DNA from: a virus
Lineage: Duplodnaviria; Caudoviricetes
Length of the DNA: 54,656 bases
Reading direction: 5' to 3' (one strand)
Virus record (IMG/VR): IMGVR_UViG_3300021335_000022
Span: 1-54,656 of that record
The position numbers and the translations under genes are program-made. Below are positions 47,269-54,656 of this stretch, one piece after another; the stretch's first letter is position 1, and the number at the start of each line of letters is the position of its first letter. The notes below the pieces were generated by a model, which had not been told where the DNA came from, did not search any database, and saw only the letters and a list, made by a program, of their open reading frames with translations.

Positions 47269-47769
47269 ATGACTAAAAAATTAGAAGAACTTCTAAACTT
47301 GCCAGATTCGAAAGAAATTGTAGATGACGCAAAAGCAGAAGATAAAAAAACAAAAAAAGATACTGCTATTATTGAAGCAGAAGAAACTCAACGCGATATT
47401 CAAGAACTAGATAAAATTGCGGCTGCTTTACCTAGCGTTAAAGGCTTGGGCGAAATGGCCGATAAAGAATTAAATGAAGTTGCAGATAAAGCAATGAACG
47501 CATATGAAGATTTAATGGATCTTGGTATGAATGTTGAAAGCCGCTATAGCGGTCGTGTTTTTGAAGTAGCAGGGGGTATGCTAAAAACATCATTAGATGC
47601 TAAAGTTGCAAAAATGGATAAGAAATTAAAAATGATTGAATTGCAACTTAAAAAAGAAAAAATGGATAGAGACGGGTCTTCCGGTGAAGGAAATATTGTA
47701 TCAGGTGAAGGATACGTAGTTACAGACCGTAATAGTTTATTAGAGAAACTAAAGAATATGGATAAATAA
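47269..47769 (+). CDS. Probable terminase small subunit (gp16-like)
   Basis: Helical; RVFEVAG.MLKT resembles the gp16 'R.YEV...L.K' pattern; upstream of the large subunit. Confidence 0.5.
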   Translation: MTKKLEELLNLPDSKEIVDDAKAEDKKTKKDTAIIEAEETQRDIQELDKIAAALPSVKGLGEMADKELNEVADKAMNAYEDLMDLGMNVESRYSGRVFEVAGGMLKTSLDAKVAKMDKKLKMIELQLKKEKMDRDGSSGEGNIVSGEGYVVTDRNSLLEKLKNMDK

Positions 47770-47790
47770 TACAAAGCGGGAATAATGATT

Positions 47791-48348
47791 ATGAAAAGTT
47801 TTTCAGAATATTTAACAGAGTCTAAAAAGACTTATGATTTTAAAATTGGTGTAGCAGGTGACTATGCTAGTGAATGCAAGTCAGGACTAGAAAACGCACT
47901 CGGAAAATACGGTTTAGTTAAAATAACAGACGGTAAAAGAGTACCTATTTCGAAACGTCCATTAGACTTTCCACAATTAGATAATATTGATGTAACTTAT
48001 TTTGAAGCAGAAGTTACATACCCTACTACAGTGCAAGTATTACAAGAGTACCTAGGAAAATGTTGCAATATCCCGCAAAGCAATATTATTGTACGTGACC
48101 CACTTGCTCCACAAGAAGATTATCAAGAAGAAAGATCAAACGAACCATACGAAGCTAAACTTAATACAGAAGATATGGGCGGCGAAAGTGCTCAAGCTGA
48201 TGTAGCAGGTAATAGAGTTATGGACTTACTTAAAGAATTAGAAGTTGCTCGTAAGGAAAGAGAAGTCGATCCAATTGCAGGCACTCCGCCAGGCGAGTCT
48301 AAAGATATTGGTGAATCAGAAAACAGCAAATCGGTCGTAGGAGGCTAA
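47791..48348 (+). CDS. Hypothetical head-associated protein
   Basis: N-terminus MKSFSEYLTE (alternative ATG at 47785). Confidence 0.65.
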   Translation: MKSFSEYLTESKKTYDFKIGVAGDYASECKSGLENALGKYGLVKITDGKRVPISKRPLDFPQLDNIDVTYFEAEVTYPTTVQVLQEYLGKCCNIPQSNIIVRDPLAPQEDYQEERSNEPYEAKLNTEDMGGESAQADVAGNRVMDLLKELEVARKEREVDPIAGTPPGESKDIGESENSKSVVGG

Positions 48349-48352
48349 TACA

Positions 48353-49069
48353 ATGGATATGAAAAAAATCTTAGAAAATATGGATGCTGCGGCAGCTGGC
48401 AACAAACCATCAGCAGGTGCAGGAAACATAAATGATATGAAAACTATTTTAGAGTCAATTCAATCAGTTGAAGAATGTGGAATGACAGAAACTGGAATTG
48501 AAGAAGGCGGCTGCGGAAGTGATATGAGTATGCCAAGTGAACCAGAAGACAAAGTGTCAATGAATGTTACACTTAATGCACGTGGTGACGCTGTTGAAGA
48601 CCTAATTAAATTAATGGGCGGAGCAGCAGCTCCACAAGATGCCCCAGTTAAAATGCCACCGCCACCGATGGCAATGCCTGGACCAGACCCACGTGATGCA
48701 GAAATGGGCGATATGAAAAAGATGATGAAAATCTCAACAGATGGTCCAGAAATGATGGACGATGATGTTGAAGAAGATTGGGATAACAGTCCAGAAGAAG
48801 AATACAGTGATACTAAGACAATGACTAAAGATTTGTCAGGTGGTATCAATAGAGAAAAGAAAGCATACAAAGCTACACAAGATGGCGACAATCCAATGGC
48901 TGTTGAAGCTGAGGAATTAACAAAGTCTATCAAAGAACAATTACTACAAGCATTAGAAGAAAAGTATTCAAGTGATGCACAGCGCAAAGCAGTACACGCA
49001 AGTAAAGACGAGGACGACGAGAAGACTGATGAAGCTTCTTGTGGTTCAATGAAAAAGAAGAAAAAATAA
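48353..49069 (+). CDS. Acidic, Met/Pro-rich low-complexity protein (possible prohead core / internal protein)
   Basis: AGGAGG SD; D/E/M-rich, basic tail. Confidence 0.65.
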   Translation: MDMKKILENMDAAAAGNKPSAGAGNINDMKTILESIQSVEECGMTETGIEEGGCGSDMSMPSEPEDKVSMNVTLNARGDAVEDLIKLMGGAAAPQDAPVKMPPPPMAMPGPDPRDAEMGDMKKMMKISTDGPEMMDDDVEEDWDNSPEEEYSDTKTMTKDLSGGINREKKAYKATQDGDNPMAVEAEELTKSIKEQLLQALEEKYSSDAQRKAVHASKDEDDEKTDEASCGSMKKKKK

Positions 49070-49093
49070 TAATAATATAGCAACATAAAATTC

Positions 49094-49120
49094 AATAGGC
49101 ACTTTGGTGCCTATTTTTTT
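49094..49120 (+). terminator. Intrinsic terminator
   Basis: AATAGGCAC-TTTG-GTGCCTATT followed by a T run. Confidence 0.85.
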
Positions 49121-49134
49121 CACTAAATATTAAT

Positions 49135-50715
49135 ATGGCAGCATCATTAGACGGCGTCTTAATTAAAAAGGCGAATAAACAAGAAACATTTACAGAAGAT
49201 CAGATTGCTGATATTGCAAAGTGTATGGATCCTAATACAGGCTATCTATATTTTGCAGAAAACTTTGCGTATATCCAACATCCTGTACAAGGCAAACTTT
49301 TGTTTGAACCTTACAAATACCAGTTAGGATTAATGGATACTTATCATAACTATCGCTTTAATATTAATATGATGCCTCGACAGACAGGTAAAACTACTTG
49401 TGCTGCTATCTATCTTGCTTGGTATGCGATGTTTAATCCAGACCAAACTATTCTTATTGCTGCACACAAATACACAGGTGCCCAGGAAATTATGCAACGT
49501 ATACGTTATGTATATGAGATGTGTCCTGATTATATTAGAGCAGGTGTTACAAGTTACAATAAAGGCAGTATTGAGTTTGAGAACGGATCACGTATTGTAT
49601 CACAAACAACAACGGGCAACACAGGACGTGGTATGAGTATCTCGCTACTATACTGTGACGAGTTTGCTTTTGTTATGCCTAACATTGCGGAAGAGTTTTG
49701 GACTTCGATATCACCTACATTAGCAACAGGTGGTCGTGCTATTCTTACAAGTACACCTAACTCAGACGAAGATACTTTTGCCACTATATGGAAGCAAGCA
49801 GAACAACGCTTCGACGAGCACGGTAATGAAAGTGAACTAGGAATTAATGGCTTCCGTTCGTTTATGGCACACTGGAGCGAACATCCTGATCGTGACGAAG
49901 ATTGGAAAACAACAGAAATTGGCCGTATTGGAGAAGAAAAATTCCGTCGCGAGTACGGCTGTGAATTCTTAGTATTTGACGAAACATTAATTAACAGTAT
50001 TAAATTAGCAGTAATGGAAGGCGACAATCCTATTCTTAATATGGGTCAAACACGGTGGTATAAAAAGCCTAATCCAACATATACATATGCAGTGGCACTT
50101 GATCCTAGTATGGGCACTGGTGGAGATAACGCTGCTATACAAGTTTTTGAACTACCAACATACGAACAAGTTGCAGAGTGGCAACATAACAACACAGCTA
50201 TACCTGGACAAATTAGAGTATTGGCTGATATATGTAGATATATAGAAGAATGTACTAAAAACCCGCAGGGAATTTACTGGAGCGTAGAGAACAATGGATT
50301 GGGCGAGGCTGCCCTAATCGTTATAAATGACTTTGGAGAAGAGAATATTCCGGGTTTATTCGTCAGTGAGCCAATCCGAAAAGGACACGTTCGTAAATTC
50401 CGCAAAGGCTTTAATACTACACATAGTACAAAAGTAACTGCTTGCAGTAGGCTAAAAACTATGATCGAAAACGATAAGATGACTTTGCATTCTAAACCAT
50501 TCATATCAGAACTAAAAGGATATGTAGCAACAGGGTCTAGCTTCCAAGCAAAGGTTGGGATGACAGATGATCTAGTAAGTGCAACCCTATTAGCAATACG
50601 TATGATGGCTGTACTAAAAGACTGGGATCCTAGAATATATGATTCTTTCAACCAAGCAGAGCACGATGAAGATTATGAACCACCAATGCCAATCTTCATT
50701 AGTAGCAATTATTGA
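49135..50715 (+). CDS. gp17: Terminase large subunit
   Basis: PRQTGKTT Walker A, LLYCDEFAF Walker B, TSTPN, F.REY.CEF, VALDP, DDLV. Confidence 0.95.
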   Translation: MAASLDGVLIKKANKQETFTEDQIADIAKCMDPNTGYLYFAENFAYIQHPVQGKLLFEPYKYQLGLMDTYHNYRFNINMMPRQTGKTTCAAIYLAWYAMFNPDQTILIAAHKYTGAQEIMQRIRYVYEMCPDYIRAGVTSYNKGSIEFENGSRIVSQTTTGNTGRGMSISLLYCDEFAFVMPNIAEEFWTSISPTLATGGRAILTSTPNSDEDTFATIWKQAEQRFDEHGNESELGINGFRSFMAHWSEHPDRDEDWKTTEIGRIGEEKFRREYGCEFLVFDETLINSIKLAVMEGDNPILNMGQTRWYKKPNPTYTYAVALDPSMGTGGDNAAIQVFELPTYEQVAEWQHNNTAIPGQIRVLADICRYIEECTKNPQGIYWSVENNGLGEAALIVINDFGEENIPGLFVSEPIRKGHVRKFRKGFNTTHSTKVTACSRLKTMIENDKMTLHSKPFISELKGYVATGSSFQAKVGMTDDLVSATLLAIRMMAVLKDWDPRIYDSFNQAEHDEDYEPPMPIFISSNY

Positions 50716-50726
50716 TAAATACTTTT

Positions 50727-52241
50727 ATGAAGAGTCTTGACAACATAGCAGAAGATCTATTTAATAAAATTCGCGGAAGGTTCCCTAGCGTTACTATCGG
50801 CGACGAAGCAGGAAAAGTTACTAATGATCCAATTGTAGCTCGCTTTTTTGATTTTGATTACAAAGAAGGAGATAGAAATATCGGTAAAGTAAGTATTTCT
50901 ATCAGTGAAGATAAACTTGCTGTTATGTATAGCAACAGTTTTGTAGAAAACGAAGATACAATTACTAGGCAAAACTGGTATAACTTTTTGAAAGAATTAC
51001 GTGTGTTTGCTAAGAAAAGATTACTACAGTTTGATACTAGAGATATTACTAAATCAAACTTAGACAAGAGAGATTATAAATTCCTGGCGCAACAACGAGG
51101 CGGAGAACAAACAATGAGCGAGTCAACAATGTACGGTACAAGTAAAGTCAGCTACCAAGATATTGGTAATGCAAGACTAACTATTAAGCATACTGAAAGT
51201 GTAAACCAAGAACAATCAACAGGTAGAACAAGAAAAATTGGTGCTATCTACGTAGAAAACACAGACGGTGAAAGATTTAAATATCCTTATAAACATCTAA
51301 ATGGTGCAAGAGCAATGGCAAGACACGTTGCTGAAGGTGGTAAGCCATATGATGATTTCGGCAAACATATTACAGGACTTTCAGAAGAACTAGCCAACCT
51401 ACGCAAATTCAAAACTTATATGAATCGCTCAAGCGTAATGGCAGAAGGTCTAGCAGGATATATGGGTGCTGTTGCTGAAAGACTTGAAACGATTAAAAAG
51501 ACTGAGTCCGGCCTACAAAAAGAATCATTCTATAAACAAGCATTTGAATCTTATGAAGTACCTGTTGTAGAAGATGTACCAAACGATGTTGCAGAAAATT
51601 GGATCGACGAACTTACTATTCGTCAGTTTAACGAAGATCTAAAAGATGTATTTCCGTTTGTATACAAACTAGTAGGCGAAGCAACTCGTGCAGAAGAACT
51701 TACACCAGATGACTTAATGAGTGAAAAGAAAAGCTCACCAGCTGGCGGCCCTGCTTGTTGGGACGGTTATAAGATTGGTAATCCTAAAACTAAAGAAGGT
51801 AAAAACGGTAAACGTGTAAACAACTGTGTACCAGAAGGGTCGGATCCAATCACTGATGCACTAGATGACATAATGGGACAATTTTCCGATAAACCACAAG
51901 CACAGGAAAAACCACAACCAGAAAAACCAAAAATTCCAATGACAGAATTTATTCTATCTTTGTTCGATAGAGAAGAAGGACAGTTTCCAAAAGGCGAAAC
52001 AGCAGTACTAACAGCTATTGAAAAAGACTACGGTGAAGAATATATCGATCCTGCAAAGCAGTTTATTGAGCGTATTCAGGAAACATATGCTACATATGCA
52101 GAAGGTAATGCGTATGGAGATACAATCCGTAAGGCAAAAATGAATGGCGCTGAAAAAGGCGACAAAATTGATCATCCGGACGATGACGAAGAAAAGATTA
52201 CAATCGAAAAAGGCGACTTATTAAGATTAGCCGGTATGTAA
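50727..52241 (+). CDS. Hypothetical protein (possible processed virion protein)
   Basis: Long ORF; ATG at 50727 lies 5 nt after TAAATA; contains a CWDGY...NCV insert and ends in LLRLAGM. Confidence 0.7.
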   Translation: MKSLDNIAEDLFNKIRGRFPSVTIGDEAGKVTNDPIVARFFDFDYKEGDRNIGKVSISISEDKLAVMYSNSFVENEDTITRQNWYNFLKELRVFAKKRLLQFDTRDITKSNLDKRDYKFLAQQRGGEQTMSESTMYGTSKVSYQDIGNARLTIKHTESVNQEQSTGRTRKIGAIYVENTDGERFKYPYKHLNGARAMARHVAEGGKPYDDFGKHITGLSEELANLRKFKTYMNRSSVMAEGLAGYMGAVAERLETIKKTESGLQKESFYKQAFESYEVPVVEDVPNDVAENWIDELTIRQFNEDLKDVFPFVYKLVGEATRAEELTPDDLMSEKKSSPAGGPACWDGYKIGNPKTKEGKNGKRVNNCVPEGSDPITDALDDIMGQFSDKPQAQEKPQPEKPKIPMTEFILSLFDREEGQFPKGETAVLTAIEKDYGEEYIDPAKQFIERIQETYATYAEGNAYGDTIRKAKMNGAEKGDKIDHPDDDEEKITIEKGDLLRLAGM

Positions 52242-52292
52242 GCATATTTGGCTAATAAAATTGATTTTTTGCAAGTTTTTTTAAGAAAAGAC

Positions 52293-52321
52293 TTGACAAG
52301 CTAAGTAGTTTAGTGTATATT
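52293..52321 (+). promoter_or_regulatory. Sigma70-type promoter for gp32-uvsX
   Basis: TTGACA-N17-TATATT with an A/T-tract upstream element. Confidence 0.7.
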
Positions 52322-52380
52322 ATACACTGTGCTACAAACAAAGGCACAAAACATAGGCAACATTTATAGGAGGCATAACT

Positions 52381-53367
52381 ATGGCATCATTAGCAGAAAT
52401 CCGAGCAAAGCTCAAAGAACAAGAAGCAAGCTCTTCCGGCAACCGCAGTTCAGGCGGTGGCGATAACAGCATTTACCCATTTTGGAATATTAAAGAAGGC
52501 GATAGCGCAGTGCTACGTTTTCTTCCTGATGGCAACGCTGATAACACGTTCTTCTGGCAAGAACGACTTGTTATTAAACTCCCATTTGCAGGCGTAAAAG
52601 GTCAAACTGACTCACGTCCTGTACAAGTACAAATTCCGTGTATGGAAATGTACGGTGAGACTTGTAACATCCTTAATGAAGTAAGAGGATGGTTTAAAGA
52701 CTCAAGTCTTGAAGATATGGGTCGTAAATATTGGAAGAAACGTTCTTATATTTTCCAAGGCTTTGTAGTGGATAATCCACTAGCAGAGGACACAACACCA
52801 GAGAATCCAATTCGTAGGTTTATTATTGGTCCTCAAATCTTCCAGATCATTAAGCAGGCGCTTATGGATCCAGATATGGAAGAACTGCCAACAGATTATA
52901 CTGCTGGTGTAGACTTCCGTCTTAACAAAACTTCAAAAGGCGGATACGCAGACTATTCAACATCTAACTGGGCTCGTAGAGATCGTCCACTAGGTGATGC
53001 AGAAATGAATGCGGTTAATACACACGGCTTATTTAATCTTAATGACTTCCTACCTAAAAAGCCAGGTGAAGTAGAACTTAAAGTGATGCAAGAAATGTTT
53101 GAGGCGTCAGTAGACGGTGAAGCATTTGATATGGATCGCTGGGGTCAATACTTCCGTCCAGCAGGTATGAGTCAGGCAACTGGTGATCCAAATAAACCAA
53201 AGGCACCGGCAGCATCAACTCCGGCACCAGCGGCAACACCAGCGGCTGAGACTGCACCAGCACCACAACCAGAAGCAACTCCAGCACCAGCGGCTGAAGC
53301 GGCTCCTGCAGGTGACGGTAATGCTCAAGACATTCTAGCAATGATTAGAGCACGTCAAGGACAATAA
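52381..53367 (+). CDS. gp32: Single-stranded DNA-binding protein
   Basis: A.LRFLP, YWKK.SY, V..NP, G.QIF..I, G.DF.L, G.ADY..S; AGGAGG SD. Confidence 0.88.
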   Translation: MASLAEIRAKLKEQEASSSGNRSSGGGDNSIYPFWNIKEGDSAVLRFLPDGNADNTFFWQERLVIKLPFAGVKGQTDSRPVQVQIPCMEMYGETCNILNEVRGWFKDSSLEDMGRKYWKKRSYIFQGFVVDNPLAEDTTPENPIRRFIIGPQIFQIIKQALMDPDMEELPTDYTAGVDFRLNKTSKGGYADYSTSNWARRDRPLGDAEMNAVNTHGLFNLNDFLPKKPGEVELKVMQEMFEASVDGEAFDMDRWGQYFRPAGMSQATGDPNKPKAPAASTPAPAATPAAETAPAPQPEATPAPAAEAAPAGDGNAQDILAMIRARQGQ

Positions 53368-53471
53368 AACCAATATGTCTTTACTAGCAAAATCGAGAAC
53401 AGAGATTCACGGTTTACCTGTCAACGTTCCAAACGCTAGTAAAGACTTTGCTTTTTAGATAGGAGAAACAT

Positions 53472-54554
53472 ATGGCGAATAAAGCATTCGACCCAACGAA
53501 GTTTAGAACTTCACTAACTAAATCTATTACAGGTATGAGTAGTGGATTCAATGATCCAACAGATTGGATTAGCACAGGTAACTATGCACTCAACTATCTT
53601 ATTTCCGGAGACTTTAACAAAGGTGTTCCAATGGGTAAGGTAACAGTATTTGCAGGAGAATCTGGTGCAGGTAAATCATATATCTGTGCAGGTAACATTG
53701 TAAAATACGCACAAGATCAAGGCATCTTCGTAGTTCTAATTGACTCAGAGAATGCACTTGATGAGTCTTGGCTACACGCACTAGATGTAGATACAAGCGA
53801 AGAAAAACTACTTAAACTTAATATGTCAATGATTGATGACGTTGCTAAAACTATTAGTGTGTTTATGACAGACTATAAAGCAATGCCAGAAGAGGATCGT
53901 CCTAAGGTACTGTTTGTTATTGATAGTTTAGGTATGTTGCTAACACCTACTGATGTTGATCAGTTTAACAAAGGTGATATGAAAGGTGATATGGGTCGTA
54001 AGCCTAAGGCATTGACTTCACTTGTTCGTAACACAGTTAATATGATCGGCTCACATAACGTAGGCTTAGTATGTACTAACCACACTTATGCATCACAAGA
54101 TATGTTTGATCCGGATGATAAGATTAGTGGTGGACAAGGCTTTATCTATGCATCAAGTATTGTTGTTGCAATGAAGAAACTAAAACTTAAAGAAGATGAA
54201 GACGGCAACAAAATTAGCGAAGTGCGTGGTATTCGTGCAGGTTGTAAAGTAATGAAGACTCGTTACGCAAAACCTTTTGAAGGCGTACAAGTTAAGATTC
54301 CTTACGAAACAGGAATGAATCCATACAGTGGACTAGTAGAACTTTTTGAAGCAAAAGGTGTAATCGAAAAGAGCGGTAACCGCTTGAAGTATGTTACAAG
54401 CGAAGGCGAAGAACTATTAGACTATCGTAAAAAATGGACTGGAGAGTTACTTGACACAGTTATGTCAGATTACTTAATTAAGGAAGCTTCTATGGTAAAT
54501 ACCGCTGATGACACTTCCGAAGAAGAAGTCGAACCTGAATTAACTGAGGAGTAA
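53472..54554 (+). CDS. uvsX: RecA-like recombinase
   Basis: GESGAGKS Walker A, IDSE, VIDSLGML, DMG, NHTY, SGG.G..Y; AGGAG SD. Confidence 0.93.
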   Translation: MANKAFDPTKFRTSLTKSITGMSSGFNDPTDWISTGNYALNYLISGDFNKGVPMGKVTVFAGESGAGKSYICAGNIVKYAQDQGIFVVLIDSENALDESWLHALDVDTSEEKLLKLNMSMIDDVAKTISVFMTDYKAMPEEDRPKVLFVIDSLGMLLTPTDVDQFNKGDMKGDMGRKPKALTSLVRNTVNMIGSHNVGLVCTNHTYASQDMFDPDDKISGGQGFIYASSIVVAMKKLKLKEDEDGNKISEVRGIRAGCKVMKTRYAKPFEGVQVKIPYETGMNPYSGLVELFEAKGVIEKSGNRLKYVTSEGEELLDYRKKWTGELLDTVMSDYLIKEASMVNTADDTSEEEVEPELTEE

Positions 54555-54557
54555 CTT

Positions 54558-54656
54558 ATGGACGAAAGTCAAGTTGTTGAAGTCTGGACAATGTTTAAAG
54601 AATACATCGATAAAAAGCACATCGAACTAGCCGCAGAGAGATATGTCGATTTATGT
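54558..54656 (+). CDS. Hypothetical protein, 3'-truncated
   Basis: GAGGAG SD, then MDESQVVEVWTMFKEYIDKKHIELAAERYVDLC, open to the window end. Confidence 0.65.
   Translation, partial: MDESQVVEVWTMFKEYIDKKHIELAAERYVDLC

Noticed and set aside
48460-49095. 211-aa minus-strand Ser-rich ORF
   Set aside because: Antisense mirror of the acidic ORF 48353..49069, which has a strong SD
50727-52241. Portal protein (gp20), given its size and position after the terminase
   Set aside because: No gp20 motifs recognised
49135-54554. Inteins or introns in the terminase or uvsX genes
   Set aside because: Both ORFs are continuous and of normal length
1-54656. Stop-codon reassignment, tRNA or rRNA genes
   Set aside because: Dense, intact ORFs in the standard code using TAA, TAG and TGA stops; intergenic gaps are short and show no cloverleaf I could recognise

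Overview
A 54.7-kb AT-rich, gene-dense fragment of a large T4-related myovirus (contractile-tail dsDNA phage); the host cannot be determined from this window. 1-28.5 kb: fibre/appendage module with three paralogous giant proteins (a 5'-truncated >1140 aa ORF, 2631 aa, 4033 aa), two small paralogous partner proteins, an S74-chaperoned tail fibre, a ~15% Cys Gly-rich adhesin-like protein and a fibre chaperone. 28.6-36.1 kb: two convergent operons, GT9-like glycosyltransferase + carbamoyltransferase + 2OG-Fe(II) oxygenase (+) facing hldE, hldD, a cupin, a second oxygenase and gmhB (-), plus a Nudix hydrolase. 36.1-54.7 kb: T4-like core genes (gp15, gp14, gp13, dNMP kinase, gp18, gp19, tube-initiator-like, gp4, probable gp16, gp17, gp32, uvsX). 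Most striking: the 4033-aa protein carries ~12 helical repeats that resemble phycobiliprotein subunits, 7 keeping the bilin-attachment C-x-R-D motif. Also notable: a near-complete ADP-heptose/carbamoyl modification system, apparently leaderless transcripts (TAAATA-N4-5-ATG), no CATG found by eye, and a candidate structured RNA before uvsX. All assignments come from motif recognition by eye; no database searches were run.
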